A stretch of 64,000 bases of DNA from Eledone cirrhosa (Eukaryota), in NCBI GenBank assembly GCA_964016885.1, contig OZ024747.1:28520001-28584000 (forward strand), written 5' to 3'. The notes below the pieces were generated by a model, which saw only the letters and a list, made by a program, of their open reading frames with translations, was not told the origin of the DNA and made no database searches. Position 1 is the stretch's first letter, and each line of letters begins with the position of its first letter. Positions 51,003 through 64,000 of this stretch are shown in pieces. A program made the position numbers and the translations under genes.

Positions 51003-54000
51003 TAAACTTCTTCCTCTTTTTTAGCCATAATGAATCTGGCAAAAGAACTGGAAAAAAACATTCGAGCTATCACCCAGCACCACCCCCCACTATCACCCCA
51101 CTGCACAAACTCCCATTGCTGCCATTAACAAACAAACAAATTAACAACACGCCAAAACAATTAAAACCATCCACTCTCGCCTCTACATTTTTGCTTAACG
51201 CCCAAGGCATCAGCCCTTCCACCAATACTCAAAAATGGAAGATCAAATTCCTGGAGGACTGGATTGATGTCCATCCAAACCACATCCCTTTCTTCGTCCT
51301 CACTGAAACCCATCTCAGTAACCTCCACTTGGAAGCTGAGGTGAAAGTGAAAAATTTCAAAGCCATCCGTGCTGATCGCGCTGGCAGAAGAAAGGGCGGA
51401 ACTGCCATTTATGTCCATAATTCTTTCTCAACAGAGGCTATGAACATATTCACTAATGGATACTGTGAAGCAGTCACTGTATTCAGTCAAACCAACAACC
51501 TATTAGTAGTTGGGCTCTATAGGCCACCCCAAACGCCTGTACCATGCTTCAAGGAATGCCTCAACAGCATAAAGTGTTTCATCCAAGAGTGTCACCCTGA
51601 CAACATCTTAATGATGGGGGACTTCAACCTCCCCGGAGTTGACTGGTCCACAAACAGCCTGCCACCAGGTTCTTCTGCCTCAACCTCTGACAGGGAAGCA
51701 GTGGAATCGCTTCTTGACTTCATGGATGATTTCTTCCTATCCCAACTGGCGCTCGAACCAACGAGGTGCCACAAAAACGTCCTAGACTTAATTTTCAGCA
51801 ATCACACTGACAATATCCACAATATTGCAGTGGAGAAAACTCTACTCTCTGATCATGACATGGTTCTCTGTGATCTGAGATTCCACCGTCCAATATACAA
51901 ACCCAATGTCATCTCTCCTGTCCATCCGTTTGACGCTATGGATTTCCACAATGCAAACTGGGAAGCGATCAGTCATGATCTTGCACATGTCGACTGGTCC
52001 TTCACGCACACTCATACACCCACTAACATCAAAAAGTCCTGGCAGACATTTGTGGACACTGTTACAAACATATGTGCTAAACACACCCCATTAAGAACTA
52101 TAAACAAATCTAAGAGCAGAATCCCTAGAAATAGAAAAACCCTCATCAGAAAAATTAAGAGAACGAACAAAAAAATCAACAAGCTGAAATACTGTCAGCA
52201 GCAACACATCAACTTGACTGCCATTTCATCACTAGAGATTAAAAAACATAACCTCCAAAACAACATAATGTCCCTCATCAACAATCAGAGAAGAGCTGAA
52301 GAGGCCTGGGCCATTGAGAAGATCAAACTCAATCCCAAAGTGTTCTTTTCATTTGCAAAAAAACACAAAATCACTGGCTCTACTGTTGGCCCTCTAATTG
52401 ATGAAAATGGCACTCTTCAAGACAATGCTAAAACCATGGGTGAGATACTGCAGAAACAATACTGCTCTGTTTTCAGCAATCCTGATATGGCCGATCTGGG
52501 CTGTATCGGCGATGTTGCTCCCCATTACACCTTATCGGACATAACGTTTGGCGCCCCTGATGTCTTGGCGGCAATAAAGGAAATCAAGCATAATTCAGCA
52601 GTAGGTCCCGATAGGTTCCCTGCTTGTGTCTTGAAGGCGTGTCAACACCAACTTGCATCTCCTCTTGCCAATCTGTGGCGGAACTCACTGGATGCTGGAT
52701 ATGTGCCAGAAAACCTTCTATCCCAGTCTGTTGTCCCAGTTTTCAAAAAGGGAAACAAATCCCTTGCCGTGAATTACCGTCCAATCTCACTCACCTCTCA
52801 TATCATTAAGGTATTTGAGAGAGTGGTGAGATCGCGAATGACCCACTTCCTTGAGAGTAACAATATGCTGAACTCCAACCAGCATGGATTCCGTAATGGA
52901 AGGGATTGCCTGATGCAGCTACTGCATCACTTTGATGACATTTTGAGAGCCTTGGGAGAGGGTTCCAACACTGATGTTATCTACCTTGATTTCAGCAAGG
53001 CCTTTGACAGGGTTGATCATAACATTCTACTGAGAAAGCTGTCCAATATTGGTGTCACTGGAAAGCTGCTGCAGTGGATCAAGAGCTTCCTGTCAAACAG
53101 AACCCAACATGTTGTAGTCGAGGGAGTCAAATCCAGCCCAGCCAAAGTCAGTAGTGGGGTCCCACAAGGCACTGTGTTGGGCCCACTTCTCTTCATCATC
53201 TATATTAATGACATCACTGACATCATCAAACACAGCAACATTAAAATTTTCGCTGATGATTCCAAGCTCCAAAAGGTCATCAATGGCGTGGATGACCGGA
53301 AAAGCCTTCAGTCAGACCTACTGGCTGTTACCCAATGGGCGGAAAAGAACAACATGTTACTGAACGAAGACAAATTCGAACTGATCCACTTTGGAAAAGA
53401 GGATGCTCTGAAACTCCCGTACTCCCTTCCCTCCGGGGAAACTCTCGTGGCATCTAACAACATCAGAGACTTGGGAGTAACCGTGGACAGCAACATAAGC
53501 TGGACCACGCATATAAGCATCAAAGTTGACATGGCCCGCAGAATGTGTTCCTGGATCCTCAGAACCTTCCAGTCGAGAGATTCCCACACCATTATCCTTC
53601 TCTTCTCTACTTTTGCCCGACCACACCTTGAATACTGTTGTCCACTGTGGTCTCCCCACACGAAACAAAGTATCATGAAACTTGAAGCTCCTCAAAGGGC
53701 AATCACGAAAAAGATAGATGGCATGTCAGACCTTGACTACTGGGGTCGATTAGAAAACCTGAAACTTTACTCACTCCAACGTCGCCGTGAGCGTTATATT
53801 ATCTGCATGATGTGGAAAATGTTCCATCATCACTGCCCAAATGATGTTGGCATCGCCTTCAAGATACACCCAAGGCTTGGGCCCCGTGCTATCCGTCCCA
53901 TTCAAAAATCTAAATCGCAACTCATAACAACAATACGGCACAATTATTTCACCTCAATCGGCCCTGCTCTCTTCAACATCACACCAGGACACGTCAAAAC

Positions 54001-54222
54001 AGAAACTGACCACACAAAATTCAAGAAGTCTTTGGACAAATTCCTCCAAGTAATCCCGGACAAACCACCCACACCCGGATATGTCTCCGCAAACAGTAAT
54101 TCTCTTCTCGAATGGGCCATGGTGCCCAAATCCTGAATTGAAAGACTTCGCCAGGTGGTGCTATTAAGTTAGACATGGCCTGGGCCAATACTGGCCAAAA
54201 CATTTCAAAGTTATTCAAAGTT
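51003..54222 (+). mobile_element. 5'-truncated CR1/L2-group LINE inserted in (TA)n
   Basis: Short upstream remnant, ORF2 and ~85-bp 3'UTR, TA-flanked. Confidence 0.88.
51116..54136 (+). CDS. Intact ORF2 (APE endonuclease plus RT) of a CR1/L2-group LINE
   Basis: LTETHL, YRPP, GDFNLP, LDLIF, SDHD (APE); [48 protein letters not shown]; no stops. Confidence 0.93.
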   Translation: MLPLTNKQINNTPKQLKPSTLASTFLLNAQGISPSTNTQKWKIKFLEDWIDVHPNHIPFFVLTETHLSNLHLEAEVKVKNFKAIRADRAGRRKGGTAIYVHNSFSTEAMNIFTNGYCEAVTVFSQTNNLLVVGLYRPPQTPVPCFKECLNSIKCFIQECHPDNILMMGDFNLPGVDWSTNSLPPGSSASTSDREAVESLLDFMDDFFLSQLALEPTRCHKNVLDLIFSNHTDNIHNIAVEKTLLSDHDMVLCDLRFHRPIYKPNVISPVHPFDAMDFHNANWEAISHDLAHVDWSFTHTHTPTNIKKSWQTFVDTVTNICAKHTPLRTINKSKSRIPRNRKTLIRKIKRTNKKINKLKYCQQQHINLTAISSLEIKKHNLQNNIMSLINNQRRAEEAWAIEKIKLNPKVFFSFAKKHKITGSTVGPLIDENGTLQDNAKTMGEILQKQYCSVFSNPDMADLGCIGDVAPHYTLSDITFGAPDVLAAIKEIKHNSAVGPDRFPACVLKACQHQLASPLANLWRNSLDAGYVPENLLSQSVVPVFKKGNKSLAVNYRPISLTSHIIKVFERVVRSRMTHFLESNNMLNSNQHGFRNGRDCLMQLLHHFDDILRALGEGSNTDVIYLDFSKAFDRVDHNILLRKLSNIGVTGKLLQWIKSFLSNRTQHVVVEGVKSSPAKVSSGVPQGTVLGPLLFIIYINDITDIIKHSNIKIFADDSKLQKVINGVDDRKSLQSDLLAVTQWAEKNNMLLNEDKFELIHFGKEDALKLPYSLPSGETLVASNNIRDLGVTVDSNISWTTHISIKVDMARRMCSWILRTFQSRDSHTIILLFSTFARPHLEYCCPLWSPHTKQSIMKLEAPQRAITKKIDGMSDLDYWGRLENLKLYSLQRRRERYIICMMWKMFHHHCPNDVGIAFKIHPRLGPRAIRPIQKSKSQLITTIRHNYFTSIGPALFNITPGHVKTETDHTKFKKSLDKFLQVIPDKPPTPGYVSANSNSLLEWAMVPKS

Positions 54223-54230
54223 ATATACAC

Positions 54231-54297
<67 letters not shown>

Positions 54298-54304
54298 TAT
54301 ATAC

Positions 54305-54423
<119 letters not shown>

Positions 54424-54568
54424 CATACATATATATATACATACATATATACATACATATATATATACATACATATATATATACATATATATATATACAC
54501 ACACATATATATATACATATATATATATACATATATATATATACATATATATATACATATATATATAC

Positions 54569-54614
<46 letters not shown>

Positions 54615-54659
54615 ATACATACATATATATATACATATATACATACATACATATATATA

Positions 54660-54929
54660 TGATGGCTGCCCCCTCGTTATCGAGTATGGCCATGGCACAA
54701 GGAGAAAGAAAAAAAAAAAAATAATAATAATAATAAATAAATAAAAAGAAAATAAAAATTTAAAAAAAAAAGAAATATATATATATACATATACATACAC
54801 ACATACACACACACACACATACATTAATAACAATAATAATAATAATAACAACAACAATAATAATAACGACAACAACAACAATGATATACATATACATATA
54901 TATATACACACACACGCACACACATAAGC

Positions 54930-54961
<32 letters not shown>

Positions 54962-56967
54962 GATAGCAACTAACAGCGCTGCGATCGAATGTGGCTTTTT
55001 AGCCCAGCCAATGATCTAAAATGTCTTGCACAGAGTCGGCAACCAAAACGTTCACTGGGAATAGTCGGCTGTGGTTGGAGTTCGTGTACTTTTGCATGTC
55101 GCCTGAGCCCTCCTGCTGATTTACATTCTCTACCACATGTTTGGCAAGCATGATGAGTAACATCTCCAACAGCAGCCTGGTAGTCAACCACTGGTCTTAC
55201 TTTATGACTGCGAAGATGACTTTCGAGTCCAGCTTTGCTTAGGCAGAGTCTCGCACATACGCTGCATGTCAGCACCATAGGAGGACCCTCGCCGTCTGGA
55301 AGTGCAACAGCAATGCCCTTCCTCACATCCCGCTTTACTTTCTCGTATGCGATTCGAGATGCCTCAAAGGCAACTTTTCCCTCATATACAGTCTTTCTCC
55401 ATTTATTACGATCAGCAGCAATATTCTCCCATGTATCAGCAGATATGTTAGTGTCTTTCAGAGAGGCTTTCAAGGAATCCTTATACCTCTTTTTTGGTTT
55501 ATGTGGCGGTCGTTTTCCTTTAACCAACTCTCCATAAAAGAGTTGTTTTGGTATTCTAGAATCCTTCATCCTGGCAAGGTGACCACTCCAACGGAGTCGT
55601 TGCTTAAGCACAAGAGCTTCTATACTGTCACACATAGAGCCTTCCAAAATCTCGACATCATTGATGTGGTCCCTCCAGTGAACGCCATGGATCCGTCTGA
55701 GACACATCTGATGGAAACGCTCCAATTGCTTAAGGTGGTGTCGATATGTGACCCAGGTCTCGCAGGCATAAAGAAGACAAGAGAGCACACATGCCCTGTA
55801 CACCTTTACCTTTGTCCTCCTGCATATGTCCCGCCGACCCCAGAGTTGCCTTTCTAGCTTTCCGAAAGCATCACTTGCTTTCCTAATCCTAAGTGAGATT
55901 TCACTGTCAAGGTTGCTGTATCGATTGACAGTGCTTCCCAGGTAGACAAACTGATCAACCACTCCAAGTCGTTTGCCATACACATAGATGCTTGGTTCAG
56001 TGTACTGCTTACCAGGGGCAGGTTGGTACATGGCGACGGTTTTCTTGAGACTGACAGTCAGACCTAGGGCAGTGCAAGCGTCAGAAAATGCATTCAAAAT
56101 GTGCTGCATATCACTCTCTGTGTGCGCTACAAGATCACAATCATCTGCATACAAGAGGTCTCTTATGATTGATGTAAATACTTTTGTCTTCGCAGCAAAG
56201 CGCCTGATGTTAAATATGCTGCCTGAGGTTCGATATCGGATGTAAACACCATGCTCGCAATTCCTGAATGCAATACAGAAAACCATTGCAAAGTATATGG
56301 CAAAGAGGGTCGGTGCTGGAATATCCCCCTGTTTCACTCCATTTTTTACTGAGATAGGCTCCGACATGTTACCCCCGACATTAACCCAAGCCTTCATGTC
56401 GTCATGGAAAGACCTAACTAAAGCAAGGAACTTATCAGGGCAACCAAGTTTCTGGAGAACCTTCCATAATGCATCTCTGTTAACAGTATCGAAAGCTTTT
56501 GTCAGATCGACAAAAACCTGATACAGATCCAAGCCTTGTTCCATGCACTTCTCCTGGAGCTGTCTAGCTGAGAAGATCATATCAGTAGTGCCGCGTCCAG
56601 CACGAAAACCAGATTGACTTTCAGGAAGAACACAATCTGCAATGTGTGTCAGCAGACGGTCCAGAAGCACCCTACATAAAACTTTCCCTACGACAGAAAG
56701 CAATGATATACCTCTGTAGTTGCCAAAATCATTCCTGTTACCCTTTCCCTTATACAAGACCACCATTACTGCATCTCTCCAGTCCTCAGGTACGGATTCA
56801 TTAGCCCATATCCTGCCAAACAAAGAGTGAAGATGTTGCAGGAGTCTCTCACCACCATATTGTAGGAGCTCAGCATCTATGCCATCCATACCTGGAGATC
56901 TTCCACTGTTCAGCTTCGAAATAGCCACTGCAACCTCCACAGCGGTGTCACCAGAGAAGAAGACGGT

Positions 56968-56970
<3 letters not shown>
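54660..56970 (-). mobile_element. RTE (BovB-like) LINE with three C-terminal C2H2 zinc-finger-like motifs; 3' terminus separated by microsatellites
   Basis: NYRGISLL, QSGFRAGR, FVDLTKAFD, GVKQG, LYADD, RLRWSGH, then CSVC..H, CQTC..H..H and CRLC..H; terminus gatggctgcc at 54661 shared with the 60560 and 61733 fragments. Confidence 0.9.
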
Positions 56971-57003
<33 letters not shown>

Positions 57004-57044
57004 ATTATTATTATTATGTAATAAGCAACATAAGGCAATTATTC

Positions 57045-57098
57045 CATTTACCAGTGGTTTCTTAAAAGCAAAAGGTTTTGCTTTCAATCCTCAGAATG
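57045..57098 (-). ncRNA. Hammerhead ribozyme motif
   Basis: Reverse complement of 59425-59478; diverged copy at 58402-58455 has a non-cleavable GUG site. Confidence 0.82.
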
Positions 57099-57391
57099 AA
57101 AAATCCTGGTTTGTTTATTGAATATGGATTCTAAAAACAAAAATGCAATCTATATGAAAGTGAGGCTGGAAAAGGGAGAAGGAAAGGAAAAATAAAATAA
57201 AACTACACATGCAAACACACACAAAAAAACACAAAAGCATACTTACACATACATACATATATACATATATATAAATGTACGCATACACATATACATATAC
57301 ACATATATATATATATATATATATAAAGAGCGTACACCTACACACACATACACATATATACACACATATACACATACATACATTCATACAT

Positions 57392-57424
<33 letters not shown>

Positions 57425-57477
57425 TACACACACATATATATACACATGTACATATATATATATATATATACATATAT

Positions 57478-57508
<31 letters not shown>

Positions 57509-57882
57509 TGTGTGTGTACAAGCATACACATACACACACACATATATATACACACATACATACATTCACACAAACATACAACGTACATACATACACATAC
57601 ATGAATGCACTCCACTACATATTCACACACGCAAATAAATATAAGAAAAAAAAATATATTAACAAATTTTTGACAGCGATACATGCCCCAGCTAACAGGA
57701 CAGACACGCGTGGTAAGTAATACACACAAAAGCACGTATACATACGTACGAAATAGTAAACACATACACACACTCTCACACATAAATATACATATACAAA
57801 TACATAAACACGTACATACACATACATACACAAACACGTACACGTATATAATATAAACACACACATGTATATGTAATTATAT

Positions 57883-57963
<81 letters not shown>

Positions 57964-58217
57964 CAAAAATATAAAAATATAAACGCACACACACATATAA
58001 ATACGTAAACACACATATACATACATAGCTAAACAATTATACACATGCAAATACGTATATATCAAAAGAACGCACAACCAAATACAAACACACACACATA
58101 CATAAAAATAAATAAATACACACGCACACATATACATACATACACATACATATACACATATATACATATACATATATACATATATACATATACATACATA
58201 TATATATATATACATAT

Positions 58218-58257
<40 letters not shown>

Positions 58258-58532
58258 ACGTACACATACACACATGCATACACATACACACACACATATA
58301 CATGTGTGTATGTGTAAAGCTCAGTATTAGATAAGACAAATGAACCTTACATAAACGTATATATAGTAGTAAAGTAATAAAGCCATACAAGGCAATTAAT
58401 CCATTCACCAGAGGTTTCTTAAAAGCAAAAGAAGTTTCCTTCAATCTTCAGAATGAAAAAAAGCCTGGTTTATCCACATATACATACATATACACACACA
58501 AATATACAATTATATACACACATACAGACACG

Positions 58533-58595
<63 letters not shown>

Positions 58596-59023
58596 ATATA
58601 TATATACATATATATATACATATATATATATATATACACAAACATATACGCACACATATACATATATACACATATATATATATACACACAAAAATACATA
58701 CACATACACATAGGTATGTGAAGGGCAAAACAAAAAGAATATATGGGGGGGGGCTAAGAGGAGGTAAAAATATAAGGGGAGGTAAGGGAGAAAAAAAATT
58801 TTAAATATACAAGAGTACAGAAGGTAGAATCAGCAAAATAAAAACCGTAGCAAAAGTAAAGAGCAGAGAAGGAGTTCAAGGCGGTTGATTTATCGTAGGA
58901 GTGTCAATCCAGTTACAGATCAGATGCGATTTCAGATGAGGACAGCATCTGAAGATCTCAGTCTTTGAGTTAAGGCAAGCGGAAGTGGCTCTCAAGTTTA
59001 GCAAAATCCTATACTACACACAC

Positions 59024-59057
<34 letters not shown>

Positions 59058-59424
59058 ATATATGTATATATATATATATGTACATGTGTATATATATGTG
59101 TGTGTGTATGTGTGTGTGTGTGTGTGTATATATGTGTGTGTGTATGTATGAATGTATGTATGTGTATGTGTGTGTATGTGTGTGTAGGTGTACGCTCTTT
59201 ATATATATATATATATATATGTGTATATGTATATGTGTATGCGTACATTTATATATATGTATATATGTATGTGTGTGTAAGTATGCTTTTGTGTTTTTTT
59301 GTGTGTGTTTGCATGTGTAGTTTTATTTTATTTTTCCTTTCCTTCTCCCTTTTCCAGCCTCACTTTTATATAGATTGCATTTTTGTTTTTAGAATCCATA
59401 TTCAATAAACAAACCAGGATTTTT

Positions 59425-59478
59425 CATTCTGAGGATTGAAAGCAAAACCTTTTGCTTTTAAGAAACCACTGGTAAATG
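59425..59478 (+). ncRNA. Hammerhead ribozyme motif
   Basis: CATT-CTGAGGA-TTGAAAGCAAAA(CC)TTTTGCTTTTAA-GAAA-CCACTGG-TA-AATG. Confidence 0.85.
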
Positions 59479-59577
59479 GAATAATTGCCTTATGTTGTTT
59501 ATTACATAATAATAACAATTAAGCTCTGTTGCATACATAGAGCACTCTTTTTTCCTGGACTTTTCCGATGGAATTAC

Positions 59578-60515
<938 letters not shown>

Positions 60516-60519
60516 ACAC

Positions 60520-60553
<34 letters not shown>

Positions 60554-60559
60554 ACATAG

Positions 60560-60910
60560 ATATGGTGGCTGCCAGCTCGTTTTTGAGTACGGCCACTACT
60601 TTATATCCATGTAGGAGAACCCCTATCAATGCGCTCAACGAAAGTGACTTTTTAGTCCAGCCAGCGACTTGAAAACTCTGGTACAAACACTACACTTGTG
60701 ACAATTATTGACACATAGTGCTGGGCCCATGGTACCATGCGACGACAAGTGCAGAGAGATCTCCAGATATAAAGCAATGCTTGTGCCGTGAAGCTTTTAT
60801 AGTGAGCAAAGGCACTGCACAGAGCTAGTCCCACTCTCTTAACCGAGATGATATTTACCAAAAAGAAGAACCAGTCAACATCATTGGATACCATCAGGGT
60901 TGCAGGTGTT
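60560..60910 (-). mobile_element. 3' fragment of the zinc-finger RTE family (second copy at 61733-61960)
   Basis: Minus strand encodes [16 protein letters not shown], similar to [17 protein letters not shown] at 54970; shared terminus. Confidence 0.7.
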
Positions 60911-61036
60911 ATATACATAGATATATATATATATACATACATATACATACATATATATATACATATATATGCATACATACATACATACATATATACATAC
61001 ATATGTTTACATACATACATATATCTATACATATAT

Positions 61037-61074
<38 letters not shown>

Positions 61075-61144
61075 TCATCATCATCGTTTAACGTCCATTT
61101 TCCACGCTAGCATGGCTCTATATATATATATACATATATACACT

Positions 61145-61178
<34 letters not shown>

Positions 61179-61401
61179 TATATACACTTATATATATATA
61201 TATATACATATAATCACATATATATATATATATATACATATATACACATATACACACACATATATATATATATACATATATACACACACATATATATATA
61301 TATACATATATACACACACATATATATATATATACATATATACACACACATATATATATATATACATATATACACACACATATATATATATATACATATA
61401 T

Positions 61402-61450
<49 letters not shown>

Positions 61451-61693
61451 TACACATATATATATATATATATACATATATACACACACATATATATATA
61501 TATATACACTAACATATATATACACATATATACACACATATATATATATACATATATACACACATATATATATATACATATATACACACATATATATATA
61601 TATACATATATACACACATATATATATATACATATATACACATATATATATATATATATATACATATATACACACATATATATATACATATAT

Positions 61694-61735
<42 letters not shown>

Positions 61736-62232
61736 GGTGGCTGCCAACTCGCTTTCGAGTACGGCCACTACTTTATATCCATGTCGGAAAACCGATACCG
61801 ATGTGCTGAACGAGTGTAACTTTTTAGTCCAGCCAGTGACTTGAAAGCTCTGGTACAGACACTACACTTGTGACAATTATTGACACATAGTGCTGGGCCC
61901 ATGGTACCATCTGACGACAAGTGCAGAGAGATCTCCAGATATAAAGCAATGCCTGTGCCTGTGTATATATACATATATACATATAGATATATACATATAC
62001 ACACATATATATATATATATATACATATATACACATATATAAATACATATATACACACACATATATATGTATATACATATATACACACATATATATGTAT
62101 ATACATATATACACACATATATATATACATACACACATATATTAGTCCAGAATTAGCCGTCGAAACGGCTTCAGCTCAGCTGTCGAGGTCCTACTCGTTC
62201 CTATATACACACATATATATATATACATATAT

Positions 62233-62264
<32 letters not shown>

Positions 62265-62267
<3 letters not shown>

Positions 62268-62660
62268 GTAGGAGGTGAGTTTTATTGTAGTACAATAAAG
62301 CAATGCAGATATCGGATAAGAAGCACTCTACAGTTTGTAGGACTGGAGTATACATAATATATAAGATCAAAAGATGGTTAAAGGAGTTCCATGTATTTTA
62401 TTATGCGCATTTCAAAAACAAACATCATCATGCAATAATATTTGTGTTTTCATCAGATAAAACAGGAGAACATGATATGAAGGCTAAAAAACACTTGTGG
62501 ATAGTGCAGTTATGTTGATTTAAAACTGCACTATCCACAAGTGTTTTTTAGCCTTCATATCATGTTCTCCTGTTTTATCTGATGAAAACACAAATATTAT
62601 TGCATGATGATGTTTGTTTTTGAAATGCGCATAATAAAATACATGGAACTCCTTTAACCA
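62265..62660. repeat. Fold-back solo pLTR of the 14826-18025 PLE family, with hammerheads on both strands (62395-62463 minus; 62572-62640 plus)
   Basis: Near-identical to 17765-18025; both arms carry CTGATGA..GAAATGCGCATAATAAAAT. Confidence 0.9.
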
Positions 62661-62697
62661 TCTTTTGATCTTATATATTATAGATATATATATACAC

Positions 62698-62734
<37 letters not shown>

Positions 62735-62741
62735 ATATACT

Positions 62742-62825
62742 TGTCAGAAGTGGGATTCAAACCCACGCCGGAAAGACCCGACTGCGACCTCAACGCAGCG
62801 CCTTAGACCGCTCGGCCATCCTGAC
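62742..62825 (-). tRNA. tRNA-Leu-like gene with anticodon GAG (probable pseudogene derived from tRNA-Leu(CAG))
   Basis: GTCAGGATGGCCGAGCGGTCTAAGGCGCTGCGTTGAGGTCGCAGTCGGGTCTTTCCGGCGTGGGTTTGAATCCCACTTCTGACA; long variable arm; T-loop TTTGAAT. Confidence 0.85.
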
Positions 62826-63207
62826 TAGATACACTACCGTATATTTTGGTAGATTTATCTACATATATATATAGATATATATATATAGAAAGGATAAAAG
62901 GACGATTTATTATTCCTTCATTGCATTTATTGATAGGTGATGCGCGTTTCGCCACTGATCAGCTCAAGGTTCGATCTATATATATATATATATATATACA
63001 TATATACACATATATATATATACATGTATATATATATATATATATACACATATATACACATATATACACATATATATATATATATATATATACATATATA
63101 CACATATATATATATATACACATATATATATACACATATATATATATATATATATACACATATATATATACACATATATATATATATATACACATATATA
63201 TATACAC

Positions 63208-63238
<31 letters not shown>

Positions 63239-63339
63239 CACACATATATATATATATACATATATACACATATATATATATATACATATATACATACACA
63301 TATATATATATACACATATATATATATACACATATATAT

Positions 63340-63680
63340 GGAGGCACATGGCTTAGTGGCTAGAGCATTGGCCTTGCAATCGAAAGGTTGTGAGTTCAAT
63401 TCTCAGACCAGGTGATGTGTTGTTTCCTTGAGCAAGACACTTTATTTCACATTGCTCCAGTTTACTCAGCTGTAGAAATGAGATGATAGGGACTGGGGTC
63501 CCTATCATTCCACTGCAAAGTGGTCGTGGAGGTGCCACGGCAAAAAAGCACCCAGCACTCACTGTAAATGAGGTTGGCGTTAGGAAGGGCATCCAGCTGT
63601 AGAAATCAAGCCAGAATCAGTTCCCGTCCCACCCTTGCAAGCAGGGAAAAGCAGACATAAAATGATGATGATGATGATGA
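63340..63680 (+). mobile_element. tRNA-derived SINE with RTE-derived tail
   Basis: Close relative of 60183-60515; ends cccgtcccacccttgcaagcagggaaaagc..(gat)n. Confidence 0.88.
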
Positions 63681-63857
63681 TATATACACATATATATATA
63701 TATATTGAGTACTTTGGTGCGTTATGGTCCACCTGGTTCCTTACCACATTTCCTTCGTTATACATATATACATATATATATACACATATATATATATACA
63801 CATATATATATACACATATATATATATACACATATATATATACACACATATATATAT

Positions 63858-63902
<45 letters not shown>

Positions 63903-63919
63903 TATATATATATATATAT

Positions 63920-64000
63920 CATTTCTGAATTTGTTTAGCAGGATTCTTTATCTGAAAACGGGTGTTGAAACCGATATTGTTATACTTTGGGAGGGTCATG
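63920..64000 (-). mobile_element. Terminal pLTR tail of a PLE related to the trimer (continues beyond the window)
   Basis: Encodes [26 protein letters not shown], homologous to the trimer's [26 protein letters not shown]. Confidence 0.8.

Larger units (their letters stand above)
57003..59515 (-). mobile_element. Heavily truncated PLE: ORF C-terminal remnant, 3'UTR with two pLTR copies, and an inverted pLTR
   Basis: Minus strand at ~58900-59010 encodes LNSKTEIFRCCPHLKSHL (compare LNKKSEAISACKH at 11441); 57003-57515 is inverted at 59015-59515. Confidence 0.7.

Noticed and set aside
50944-51106. N-terminus of the 754-aa minus ORF (likewise 56970-57087 and 47893-47932)
   Set aside because: Read-through into adjacent unrelated elements or microsatellite
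62935-62975. GAAACGCGCATC-type hammerhead halves (also ~62155-62190)
   Set aside because: No convincing CUGANGA core or stem II

Overview
This is AT-rich, microsatellite-laden metazoan DNA. The SINE/RTE repertoire suggests a mollusc, probably an octopus, but that is inference. The first 10.2 kb carries seven consecutive minus-strand exons of an SLC18B1-type MFS transporter. The remaining ~54 kb is a nest of retroelements inserted into (TA)n microsatellites. It includes a near-identical head-to-tail trimer of a Penelope-like element (PLE; RT plus C-terminal GIY-YIG, with a ~160-aa poly-Asn insert), several degraded PLEs with inverted pseudo-LTRs, RTE and CR1/L2-type LINEs, a Gypsy integrase fragment, two SINE families and a tRNA-Leu copy with a GAG anticodon. 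Two features stand out. First, there are about 12 intact-core minimal hammerhead ribozyme motifs plus about 10 variant or degenerate ones, mostly in fold-back pairs on opposite strands. Second, both full-length trimer copies have their conserved start ATG out of frame at an A8 run, whereas a diverged relative at the window end reads through in frame. Most ORF-track entries are microsatellite artefacts.
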